Shown: piece after piece, positions 10,044-17,788 of the stretch | How positions within the stretch are numbered: the first letter of the stretch is position 1 | How the letters are laid out: each line of letters opens with the position of its first letter | DNA from: a virus | Virus record (IMG/VR): IMGVR_UViG_3300025892_000012 | Location: 1-64,000 of that record | Reading direction: 5' to 3' (one strand) | Length of the DNA: 64,000 bases | The notes under the pieces: generated by a model | Told to the model about the DNA's origin: nothing | Database searches by the model: none | What the model saw: only the letters and a program-made list of their open reading frames with translations | Position numbers and translations under genes: made by a program

Positions 10044-10051
10044 TATAAATA
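10044..10051 (+). promoter_or_regulatory. T4 late promoter TATAAATA (gp22)
   Basis: Exact consensus upstream of gp22. Confidence 0.75.
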
Positions 10052-10097
10052 ATCTACAAACGAACTGATATATTAACAATTAAGTAAAAGGAATCTT

Positions 10098-11327
10098 ATG
10101 ACTGAAACTGAAGTAAAAAATAAGATTTCCGAGTTCATGAAAAAGAAATTCGGGGATTCTATTAAAAATACCACAGATTTAAGCACTGTTGTAGAAGAAG
10201 ACAAAGTTGATTCTACACTATCTGCTTTAATGAAGGAGATGAAAATGGATGCTTCTGCTAGTCAGGTAACTATTGAAAAAGGTACTACTGTTAATACTAT
10301 GGCAACACAAATGATGGATGAAATGAAAGATGTTGACAAAAAAGAAGATGATGAGATGATGGCAGAAGCCGCACATAAAGATGATAAAAAAGATAAAGTT
10401 GAAGTTGATGATGAAGAAGATAAAGTTGAAGTTGATGATGAAGAAGATAAAGTTGATGATGAAGTTGATGATGAAGAAGTTGAAGTTGATGATGAAGAAG
10501 TCAAGAAGAAAGCTGATAAAAAGAAAAAGAAGGACGTTAAGGAGCAGATTGAGTCTCTGTTCGCACAAGATGAAACTCTAACAGAAGAATTTAAAGAGAG
10601 AGCAGCTATCTTATTTGAAACTGTATTGACAGCAAAGGTCAATGAAGAAGTAGCTAATCTTAAAGAAGAGTTAGAAACCCAATACAATGATAATCTAAAA
10701 GAAGCAGTAGAAGCACATGCAGAACAGCTTCATGAAGAACTTGATAATCTAACAACAAAAGTTGATGAATATATTACATATGTTGCAGAAGAGTGGTTAA
10801 AAGAAAATGAATTGGCTGTTGAAAAAGGTGTTCGCACTGAAATCACAGAAAACTTTATTTTTGGTTTGAAAAATCTTTTCTCCGAAAATTACATTGATGT
10901 ACCAGAAGGAAAAGAAGATTTAGTTGTTTCATTGGAAGAAAAAACTGAAGAACTTCAAGAGCAAGTAAATACTCACTTAAAGAGAAATATGCGATTGAAG
11001 AAGCAACTACAAGAAGAGAAAAGAAGGAATATTATTTTTGAAAAAACATCTGAATTAACAATGGCTGATAGAGAACAGTTAATAGAATTAACTGAATCTG
11101 TTGATTTCGAGAGTGAAGAAGAATTTGAAAAGAAAGTTCAAATTATTAAAGAACATTATTTTTCAAATGAAAATACTGCAGTAAATGCAGAAACACAGAA
11201 TGAAGATATTATTGAAAATGAAATAAATGAAGCTTCAACTTTAGTTGAAGATTATCATTCCGAGCAAACTGCTCCATCTTCAATTGATATATATAAGCAA
11301 GCAATTTCAAAATATAATAAGTTTTGA
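10098..11327 (+). CDS. gp22: Prohead core scaffold protein
   Basis: LTEEFKERAAILFE, VDEYITYVAEEWLKENELAVEKGVRTEITENFI.GLKNLF.ENYIDVPE; acidic coiled coil. Confidence 0.93.
   Translation: MTETEVKNKISEFMKKKFGDSIKNTTDLSTVVEEDKVDSTLSALMKEMKMDASASQVTIEKGTTVNTMATQMMDEMKDVDKKEDDEMMAEAAHKDDKKDKVEVDDEEDKVEVDDEEDKVDDEVDDEEVEVDDEEVKKKADKKKKKDVKEQIESLFAQDETLTEEFKERAAILFETVLTAKVNEEVANLKEELETQYNDNLKEAVEAHAEQLHEELDNLTTKVDEYITYVAEEWLKENELAVEKGVRTEITENFIFGLKNLFSENYIDVPEGKEDLVVSLEEKTEELQEQVNTHLKRNMRLKKQLQEEKRRNIIFEKTSELTMADREQLIELTESVDFESEEEFEKKVQIIKEHYFSNENTAVNAETQNEDIIENEINEASTLVEDYHSEQTAPSSIDIYKQAISKYNKF
10392..10500 (+). repeat. In-frame 27-bp tandem repeat (DKVEVDDEE) in gp22
   Basis: GATAAAGTTGAAGTTGATGATGAAGAA x2 exact, plus degenerate copies. 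Confidence 0.85.
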
Positions 11328-11345
11328 AAATTGAAAAAAGATATA

Positions 11346-11353
11346 TATAAATA
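11346..11353 (+). promoter_or_regulatory. T4 late promoter TATAAATA (gp23)
   Basis: Exact consensus upstream of the AAGGAG RBS of the major capsid gene. Confidence 0.8.
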
Positions 11354-11394
11354 AATAAAAGAAATTATTTCAATTTTTTAACAAAGGAGAACGT

Positions 11395-12774
11395 ATGATT
11401 CTTAACGAACAAGTTCAAGAAAAATGGAAACCGATTTTAGAGCATGAGGAATTGCCAAATATTGATGACACTTATAGAAAAAGTGTTACCGCGATTCTTT
11501 TGGAAAATCAAGAAAAAATGATGAGACAACAAGCTCAGACAGAGAATGGTCAGGGATTGTTCTTATCAGAAGCACCTATGGGTTCTGGTATTGATGCTGC
11601 TGGTGGTAATCCTTCTGCACCAGGTTCATTTCAGTGGGTTGACCCTGTTTTGATCTCTCTTGTAAGAAGAACTATGCCAAAATTGTTGGCATATGATGTT
11701 TGCGGTGTTCAACCAATGACATCCCCCGTTGGATTAATTTTTGCAATGCGTTCACAATATGGTTCACCTGGAGACCTAGCCAATGAAGGTGGTTTATATG
11801 ATGGAACCGGTGGTGCAAATTCTGCAAATAAAGAAGCATTTTATGGTGAAGCAAACACTGTATATTCCGGTGATCATACAACTACTCATCCTGCTCTAGA
11901 CCCAGTTTCAGTATTTTTTGGTGCTGGTGGTACGGGTACAGGAATGGCAACATCTGTTGGTGAAGGTTTGGGCCTTTCTGGAAATCGTACAATTCCAGAA
12001 ATGTCATTCTCAATTGAGAAGATGTCTGTGACTGCGGAAACAAGAAAGCTCCGTGGTCAATATACGTTGGAAATGGCTCAAGACTTAAAAGCAACTCATG
12101 GATTGAATGCTGAAAGTGAATTGGCAAATATTCTTTCCAATGAAATTTTGGCAGAAATTAACCGACAAGTAATTCGCACAATTTATACTGTTGCTGAAAA
12201 AGGCGCACAAAATACTACTGCTCCAGACACATTTGACCTTCTTGTAGATTCAAATGGTAGATGGTCTGTAGAGAAGTTCAAAGGTTTGATGTTCCAATTG
12301 GAAATTGAAGCAAATCAAATCGCTAGAGAGACCAGACGCGGAAAAGGTAATGTAATTATCTGTTCTGCTGATGTTGCTTCTGCACTTCAAATGGCTGGCG
12401 TATTGGATTATTCTTCTAACTTGAAGAATAACCTAAAGAGTGACGAGACCGATAACTTGTTTGCTGGTGTATTGAATGGTCAATTTAGAGTATATATTGA
12501 CCCATATCTACCCGTAACAAGTACCGCTCTTGTGTGTGTAGGATTTAAAGGTACATCTCCATATGATGCCGGTATTTTCTACTGCCCATATCAGCCGCTT
12601 CAGATGTTGAAAGCACAAAATCCAGAAACCTTCACTCCGATTATTGGATTCATGAGTAGAGATGCAATTGTTGCCAATCCATTCTCTCAAGGTTCAACTA
12701 GAGTGACCGGTTCAGGTATTACTGCTCATGCAAATAAGTACTATCGCAAAATGATGGTTTCTAACTTGAAGTAA
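11395..12774 (+). CDS. gp23: Major capsid protein
   Basis: KWKPILE, TAILLENQ, DPVLISLVRR.MP, GVQPM..P.GLIFAMR, ELANILSNEILAEINR, GRWSVEKFKGL, DAGIFYCPY; likely gp21 cleavage at LSE. Confidence 0.98.
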   Translation: MILNEQVQEKWKPILEHEELPNIDDTYRKSVTAILLENQEKMMRQQAQTENGQGLFLSEAPMGSGIDAAGGNPSAPGSFQWVDPVLISLVRRTMPKLLAYDVCGVQPMTSPVGLIFAMRSQYGSPGDLANEGGLYDGTGGANSANKEAFYGEANTVYSGDHTTTHPALDPVSVFFGAGGTGTGMATSVGEGLGLSGNRTIPEMSFSIEKMSVTAETRKLRGQYTLEMAQDLKATHGLNAESELANILSNEILAEINRQVIRTIYTVAEKGAQNTTAPDTFDLLVDSNGRWSVEKFKGLMFQLEIEANQIARETRRGKGNVIICSADVASALQMAGVLDYSSNLKNNLKSDETDNLFAGVLNGQFRVYIDPYLPVTSTALVCVGFKGTSPYDAGIFYCPYQPLQMLKAQNPETFTPIIGFMSRDAIVANPFSQGSTRVTGSGITAHANKYYRKMMVSNLK

Positions 12775-12801
12775 TGAATTAATTTTTTAAAATTAATTTC
12801 C

Positions 12802-12839
12802 AAAAAAGGGGGAGGTGCTTTTGCATTTCCCCTTTTTTT
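12802..12839. terminator. Bidirectional intrinsic terminator between gp23 and the convergent gene
   Basis: AAAAAAGGGGGAGGTGC-TTTT-GCATTTCCCCTTTTTT with A/T tracts on both sides. Confidence 0.85.
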
Positions 12840-13272
12840 ATTTGTTATGAGGAATGTATTTAAAAGTGCCGTTAAGATTCAATTCTATATTGCGAATTCT
12901 ATCGGGATTTTTAAGCATTTCATTTGAGTCATAAGGTTTTGCATTTTCCGTATGAGATACGGTAATATGTGCAATTCCTTCATCCATTCTTTCTAAATTA
13001 TTCATCTCTACGGTGAACGCTTGAATATTATTATTCTCACAAAGTTCTTTAGTTTTAATAGATATTCTTTTACCTAGAACTATACTTAATTTCTCAGCCA
13101 CTTCTACTGTTGGATTGAAAGCGATAGTGACATGATTAGATCTTATAATTTTATAATTTGCGTAATCTTTTACTTGATTATAAGAATCTTCGGATAATAC
13201 AACTGCATAATAACCATTTATACTAGTTTGTTCATTTAATAATTTGTCTATATCGTTTACTAATTTTTTCAT
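12838..13272 (-). CDS. 2H phosphoesterase (cyclic phosphodiesterase / Acb1-like fold)
   Basis: Two HxT motifs (NHVTIAF, AHITVS) ~54 aa apart in a 144-aa protein; KPYDSN after the second motif, as in tRNA-ligase CPDase-like 2H domains. Confidence 0.75.
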   Translation of the reverse strand: MKKLVNDIDKLLNEQTSINGYYAVVLSEDSYNQVKDYANYKIIRSNHVTIAFNPTVEVAEKLSIVLGKRISIKTKELCENNNIQAFTVEMNNLERMDEGIAHITVSHTENAKPYDSNEMLKNPDRIRNIELNLNGTFKYIPHNK

Positions 13273-13285
13273 TTTTAAATTTTTT

Positions 13286-13293
13286 TATAAATA
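13286..13293 (+). promoter_or_regulatory. T4 late promoter TATAAATA
   Basis: Exact consensus upstream of the 13341 ORF. Confidence 0.7.
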
Positions 13294-13340
13294 AATAAAG
13301 AAAACTCTAACTACTTAATATTTATTAAAGGAAATAAAAC

Positions 13341-13880
13341 ATGTCAGATGTAAAAGAATTAATGAGTAAATACTTTAATGTATCTGAGGATTCACCTGAA
13401 GTAGTTCGGGCAGAACGAGATACAAGAGAACAGAACATTGAATCAATTAATGCACAAATAAAAGAACTTGAAGTGAAATTACAGGACGCAAAACAAAGGA
13501 AAACAGAGATGATGAGAGAAGACCATAAACCAGGTGAAGACCATGAATATGATTATGAAGGTTCAATGGCAAAAACTCAGCTTTGTCAAATACATCAAGC
13601 GGCCACTAAATTGATGAAAGATATGGATGATAATGAAAATCTTCCAGAGTGGGTTCAATCTAAAATTGCAGTTGCTTGTGATTACATGATTAAAGTTGCA
13701 TCTTATCTTGATGCTACAGATGAGCAACAAGATAAAAGTGTGGATATGGAGAAATCAGATATGTCTTCTTCTATGCATTCAAAAAAGATTGTACCCTTTT
13801 CACCAAAACCTATTAGAGTAGGTCATAAAATGATGGGATTTAGTTTGGGTGGCTCACCGGATTATAATGATGAGATGTAA
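13341..13880 (+). CDS. Late hypothetical protein, possible head-associated protein
   Basis: Late promoter plus RBS; coiled coil and an EGSMAKTQL...LPEWVQSKI...DY motif recalled from aquatic T4-like phage proteins. Confidence 0.55.
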   Translation: MSDVKELMSKYFNVSEDSPEVVRAERDTREQNIESINAQIKELEVKLQDAKQRKTEMMREDHKPGEDHEYDYEGSMAKTQLCQIHQAATKLMKDMDDNENLPEWVQSKIAVACDYMIKVASYLDATDEQQDKSVDMEKSDMSSSMHSKKIVPFSPKPIRVGHKMMGFSLGGSPDYNDEM

Positions 13881-13900
13881 AATAACATAAAAGGAAACAA

Positions 13901-15202
13901 ATGCAATGGTGTTCTCACAATAATACAGTAGATGTTGAAGGAAGATATGAAGTTGTCATGCTTGACGATAAAGTTACTCCTTCCGGTGGACTTGTAGATG
14001 CATTCGGTAGATTAAGAATATCTGACGCATATACTGTATTTGATTCACAACATCGTTATGAAGATAATAGAAAATGGTCAACTGCAAATACAGTAAACAC
14101 TACATTAGAGCATCATTCAGATAGTAGTTGTATTTTACTTAATGTAGATAACCAAGCGAATAGTGAAGTTATACGTGAAACTAATAAAGTTTTTTATTAT
14201 CAACCTGGTAAATCTTTATTAGTTATGAATACATTTGTTTTAAGTCCTGCTAAAGAAGGACTAAGACAACGTATAGGATATTTCAATGGACAAAATGGAA
14301 TATTTTTGGAAATGGATGATAATGTAGCATACTTAGTTTTACGTTCTTTTGTAGATGGTACAGTTCAAGAAACAAGAGTAGCACAACCAGATTGGAACAT
14401 TGACCGATTTGACGGCACACAATTATCAAACATTCCTATAAAATATGATGTACGTGCGGATGCAATAGAAGAAATTGATTTCACTAAATCTCAGATATTT
14501 TGGTTAGACATAGAATGGTTAGGTGTTGGTGATGTACGTTGTGGATTTGCAGATAATGGTATACTTAAAACTGCACACATATTTCATAATGGTAATATAA
14601 AAACAAGCACATATATGACTACAGCTTGTTTACCTGTACGATATGAAATAACAAACAAAACAAATACATCCTCACCAAGTTCTCTTATACAAATATGTTC
14701 AACTGTTATTAGTGAAGGTGGATTTAATCCAGAAGGACGTTCACCTACAATTTCTCATGGTAGAGATATCAATCAAACATATACATTAGCAAATGTAGGA
14801 ACTTTTTATAATCTAGCTACATTTAGATTAACTACAAGTCATTTAGATTCTATTCTTATACCAGAAAGAATTTCTGTCATGGGTGATAGTAATACTAACT
14901 ATCAATTTAAGATTATTAAAAATGCTACATTTGGTACGTCATTAACATATGTTGCTTCTCAAAATCCAGCACTTGAATATAGTATTACCAATACAACTGT
15001 AACTGGTGGAGATGTAATGGATTCTGGTTTTATAGAAACAAAGGGTGAAGTAACACTTACCGGATTGCAATTGTATCAACAACTAGAAAGATACTTGCAA
15101 GTTGGTGGAACATATGGTAGAGGGACATACACACTAGCTATTTCACCGGGTTCACAGCAATCAAAAGCCGCTGGTCATATGAAATGGTTAAGAGTTGTTT
15201 GA
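13901..15202 (+). CDS. Putative virion structural protein (beta-rich)
   Basis: DAFGRLRIS, YQPGKS, WLGVGDVRCGF motifs recalled from marine T4-like structural proteins; co-transcribed from a late promoter. Confidence 0.55.
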   Translation: MQWCSHNNTVDVEGRYEVVMLDDKVTPSGGLVDAFGRLRISDAYTVFDSQHRYEDNRKWSTANTVNTTLEHHSDSSCILLNVDNQANSEVIRETNKVFYYQPGKSLLVMNTFVLSPAKEGLRQRIGYFNGQNGIFLEMDDNVAYLVLRSFVDGTVQETRVAQPDWNIDRFDGTQLSNIPIKYDVRADAIEEIDFTKSQIFWLDIEWLGVGDVRCGFADNGILKTAHIFHNGNIKTSTYMTTACLPVRYEITNKTNTSSPSSLIQICSTVISEGGFNPEGRSPTISHGRDINQTYTLANVGTFYNLATFRLTTSHLDSILIPERISVMGDSNTNYQFKIIKNATFGTSLTYVASQNPALEYSITNTTVTGGDVMDSGFIETKGEVTLTGLQLYQQLERYLQVGGTYGRGTYTLAISPGSQQSKAAGHMKWLRVV

Positions 15203-16216
15203 TTTTCTATACTCATTTAAAAAAGATTTCAGCAATAGCTTCTCTAAGACAGAACAGTCTTTTCTCCATAGATTAAAAAGAAAAGACTGGTCTTCTTTGT
15301 GCTTTTGAATTTCTATTGCTATTTCTTTATCTTCTTTATTCTTTTCTTTTATTCCCATCAACAAAGCAGTAATTCTATTACATTCACTGTTTAATCTATT
15401 TTCATATTCTGATTTTATTTCATGAATCTCCTTGTAGAATTCATCTGGCACATCCTCTAACCATTTGAAATCTTCCTCCATTAAACTTTCTAATACCGTC
15501 TTGTGAAAATCTCTGTTTGTCACAATGCGATGAAGTTTTATATACCAATCACTTTTGACTTTGATACACAAACCATCTGCAAATTGCACAACAAAACCTT
15601 CTGAATTTTCTGGTATCTTATCATTTACTGTATATTTTTTTACTAGAGTACAATGAGGTTCAAATATTTCACGATGAGATTCAAAATCTATGATACCTGT
15701 TTTGTTGTTCACTGTTCCAATATATACTAATTCATCTCTGTCACCATAGTTTACAACAACTTGATTATTCGGATAGATGATTTCAAATATTGGAGTTAGC
15801 CCATCTTCCAACATATCCAAAACAATATTGAAAAAATCATCATTATATTCATATAATAATTCAGTGGCATATTGAGCTTGCGCTGAATGAAATGCCCCTC
15901 TGGTAGCGATGTGGAGAGTCCCATTGATGTTATATGGGATACCAAGGGAACCATCTACTTTTTCGTAAACACCCGTTGCTTCTTCTATTGGCGGATTTGC
16001 TACTTCTCCAATGTTAAAGAACTTTTTAGGTCCTCTTGCTACGATAATATTTTTATGCGCAATCAATCCACGACAATTCAAAGTTGTTTCGTTCCAGTGA
16101 CGTTTGAATTGTGTGTTCTGCGAGTAGTTGTAAATCTTGAAGTCTGAATCCGATTCATGACTAGATACGTTAATGTATTTCTCTTCAATTAATTGTTCTA
16201 AGTTGTCAAATAACAT
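15188..16216 (-). CDS. rnlA: RNA ligase 1 (T4 RnlA family)
   Basis: Nucleotidyltransferase motifs I EKVDGS, III FEII, IV EGFVV, V KVKS; CRGLI...KFFN and ATRG.F typical of Rnl1. Confidence 0.88.
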   Translation of the reverse strand: MLFDNLEQLIEEKYINVSSHESDSDFKIYNYSQNTQFKRHWNETTLNCRGLIAHKNIIVARGPKKFFNIGEVANPPIEEATGVYEKVDGSLGIPYNINGTLHIATRGAFHSAQAQYATELLYEYNDDFFNIVLDMLEDGLTPIFEIIYPNNQVVVNYGDRDELVYIGTVNNKTGIIDFESHREIFEPHCTLVKKYTVNDKIPENSEGFVVQFADGLCIKVKSDWYIKLHRIVTNRDFHKTVLESLMEEDFKWLEDVPDEFYKEIHEIKSEYENRLNSECNRITALLMGIKEKNKEDKEIAIEIQKHKEDQSFLFNLWRKDCSVLEKLLLKSFLNEYRKSNNS

Positions 16217-16235
16217 TTATGCTCCTTGTATGAAA

Positions 16236-16243
16236 TATAAATA
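16236..16243 (+). promoter_or_regulatory. T4 late promoter TATAAATA for the 16286 ORF
   Basis: Exact consensus on the opposite strand, just downstream of the rnlA -10 box. Confidence 0.5.
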
Positions 16244-16244
16244 G

Positions 16245-16273
16245 ATTATACCAAAAACAAAGATAATTGTCAA
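16245..16273 (-). promoter_or_regulatory. Perfect sigma70 (early) promoter for RNA ligase
   Basis: Minus strand TTGACA-N17-TATAAT, followed by AAGGAG RBS and ATG at 16216. Confidence 0.85.
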
Positions 16274-16285
16274 GTCAAAAAAACC

Positions 16286-16477
16286 ATGAACTATGTAAAT
16301 ACCAAAATGGGTTTAGCATTATCACTCCGCAAACAAATGTCGGAACAAACATTTGAAGAAGAGTATAACGGTAGTGTTATAAAATATATGAATCACATGT
16401 TTTGGGGTGATAAAAATATTTACGATGAGCAGAAAAAACTCTTCTTAAAATCTATACAAGAAGACCTTGAAAATTAA
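16286..16477 (+). CDS. Small hypothetical protein
   Basis: 63-aa ORF filling the gap downstream of a late promoter motif; weak RBS. Confidence 0.4.
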   Translation: MNYVNTKMGLALSLRKQMSEQTFEEEYNGSVIKYMNHMFWGDKNIYDEQKKLFLKSIQEDLEN

Positions 16478-16479
16478 TT

Positions 16480-16785
16480 CTATAGAAACCAACCAATTTT
16501 TTTAAAATCTGTTTCTATTTCTATAGTAACATCACCTTCCATTCTATTATTATTTTTAGATGGTAATGAAGGATAAAATTCTAAATAACTTTCGTTTTTA
16601 TTTCTTAATCCGGCAGTAATACGTGCGGCTTCACGAAAAGAGAAACTATTTTCTATATTTTCTTTTTTCCATATTCTATTACAAAGTGCAGTATAAAAAT
16701 CTTTTGCATAATCAAAAATTTGAAGTTTTTCTAAAATAAATGAGTTTTTAATATCTATAATTAGTTCTTTATCATATATTTCCAT
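16480..16785 (-). CDS. Hypothetical phage protein
   Basis: Follows gp13 closely; YAKDFYTALCN...EGDVT.EI..DF..IGW pattern recalled from large-phage hypotheticals. Confidence 0.55.
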   Translation of the reverse strand: MEIYDKELIIDIKNSFILEKLQIFDYAKDFYTALCNRIWKKENIENSFSFREAARITAGLRNKNESYLEFYPSLPSKNNNRMEGDVTIEIETDFKKIGWFL

Positions 16786-16787
16786 AA

Positions 16788-17669
16788 TTAACCAATAAAA
16801 AAGGTAAGTGGTTCTGAATAATCTGTATATAATTGTTCTTTTAATTTATCTAACTCAGCTTGAGCATCTGACATCATAACATTACCATCAATTTGTACAT
16901 TCCCAGGTAAAGTCATTCCGGAATATTTTGATAAATTTTGACCCCATTGATATTTAACTTTTGCTTTAAAATATTCTTTCAACCATCTATCACCATACAC
17001 ACCTGGATATTCCGCAGGATCTAAAACTTTAAAACATTCCAAGATTATAAAATCGCCAGGTTCAATATCCGCTTTTGTATCTACTCCATCAAATTCATCT
17101 ACGAATTGAAGTTGAAAATCTACACTGTCTCCCAAAATATCTTCTTCTGTTAAGAAATTTTGATCATCTTCAGTAATAATATTTGACGGAGTGAAATTTC
17201 TTCTTCCCCAATTCCAATCAATAAATATTTTATTTTGATAACGATTAAATCTTATATTATGTTTAGGTTTTAAAATTAAATCCAAAGTTTCACCATATTG
17301 TCTGAACATAGTATATGATGTTAAATCAATGCTTGCCCATTGTCTGTCTGTGGCTGCATTTAATAGATGATATATAGGATCAAATACTAAATCTATATTT
17401 CCGAATATACCTCTTGATAAGGGTATTAATCTTACTATGCCGATAACAGAAGAACCATCAATAGGGATATATTGATTATAAATGTCTTCTTCAGATACTT
17501 GATAACGAATATAATCACGATTAGTACCGCCTAAATTATATTCTTGAAATAACTCTAGGGTGTCATCTAATCGGTCTTCAAGTTGTTCATTTGTGATATT
17601 AATTTGTATCATTGGATGTCCCAACGACCGCAATGCCCATTGTACTAAGTCTTCTCTAGTTTTTATCAT
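16788..17669 (-). CDS. gp13: Neck protein
   Basis: REDL..WALRSLGHP.I.IN.T.EQLEDR.DD, RFNR, DRWLKEY..A.VKYQWGQNLSKY.GM.LPG.V.IDG. Confidence 0.93.
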   Translation of the reverse strand: MIKTREDLVQWALRSLGHPMIQINITNEQLEDRLDDTLELFQEYNLGGTNRDYIRYQVSEEDIYNQYIPIDGSSVIGIVRLIPLSRGIFGNIDLVFDPIYHLLNAATDRQWASIDLTSYTMFRQYGETLDLILKPKHNIRFNRYQNKIFIDWNWGRRNFTPSNIITEDDQNFLTEEDILGDSVDFQLQFVDEFDGVDTKADIEPGDFIILECFKVLDPAEYPGVYGDRWLKEYFKAKVKYQWGQNLSKYSGMTLPGNVQIDGNVMMSDAQAELDKLKEQLYTDYSEPLTFFIG

Positions 17670-17712
17670 AGGTATAATTAATTTGAATATTAATAAAAAA
17701 ATACTACATTAA

Positions 17713-17738
17713 TATTTATAAAAATAGTTTCATAAATA
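17713..17738. promoter_or_regulatory. Divergent late promoters (TATAAATA on minus strand for gp13; CATAAATA on plus strand for the tail operon)
   Basis: TATTTATA at 17713-17720 and CATAAATA at 17731-17738. Confidence 0.65.
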
Positions 17739-17788
17739 AAAAGAACCCTACATAGTAAATTATTGCTCTGATAATAAAGGAATTTTAA

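Noticed and set aside
10227-10687. Antisense and alternate-frame ORFs over gp22 (poly-Ser, FIIN and MMKK repeats)
   Set aside because: These are shadows of the GAT/GAA tandem repeat; no RBS or independent signal.
240-12774. Introns, inteins or homing endonucleases in gp17/gp20/gp23
   Set aside because: The ORFs are continuous and of ordinary length, with no intein or endonuclease motifs noticed.
12776-12800. AT-only palindrome after the gp23 stop as an operator site
   Set aside because: Low complexity in an AT-rich genome; the adjacent GC hairpin already explains termination.
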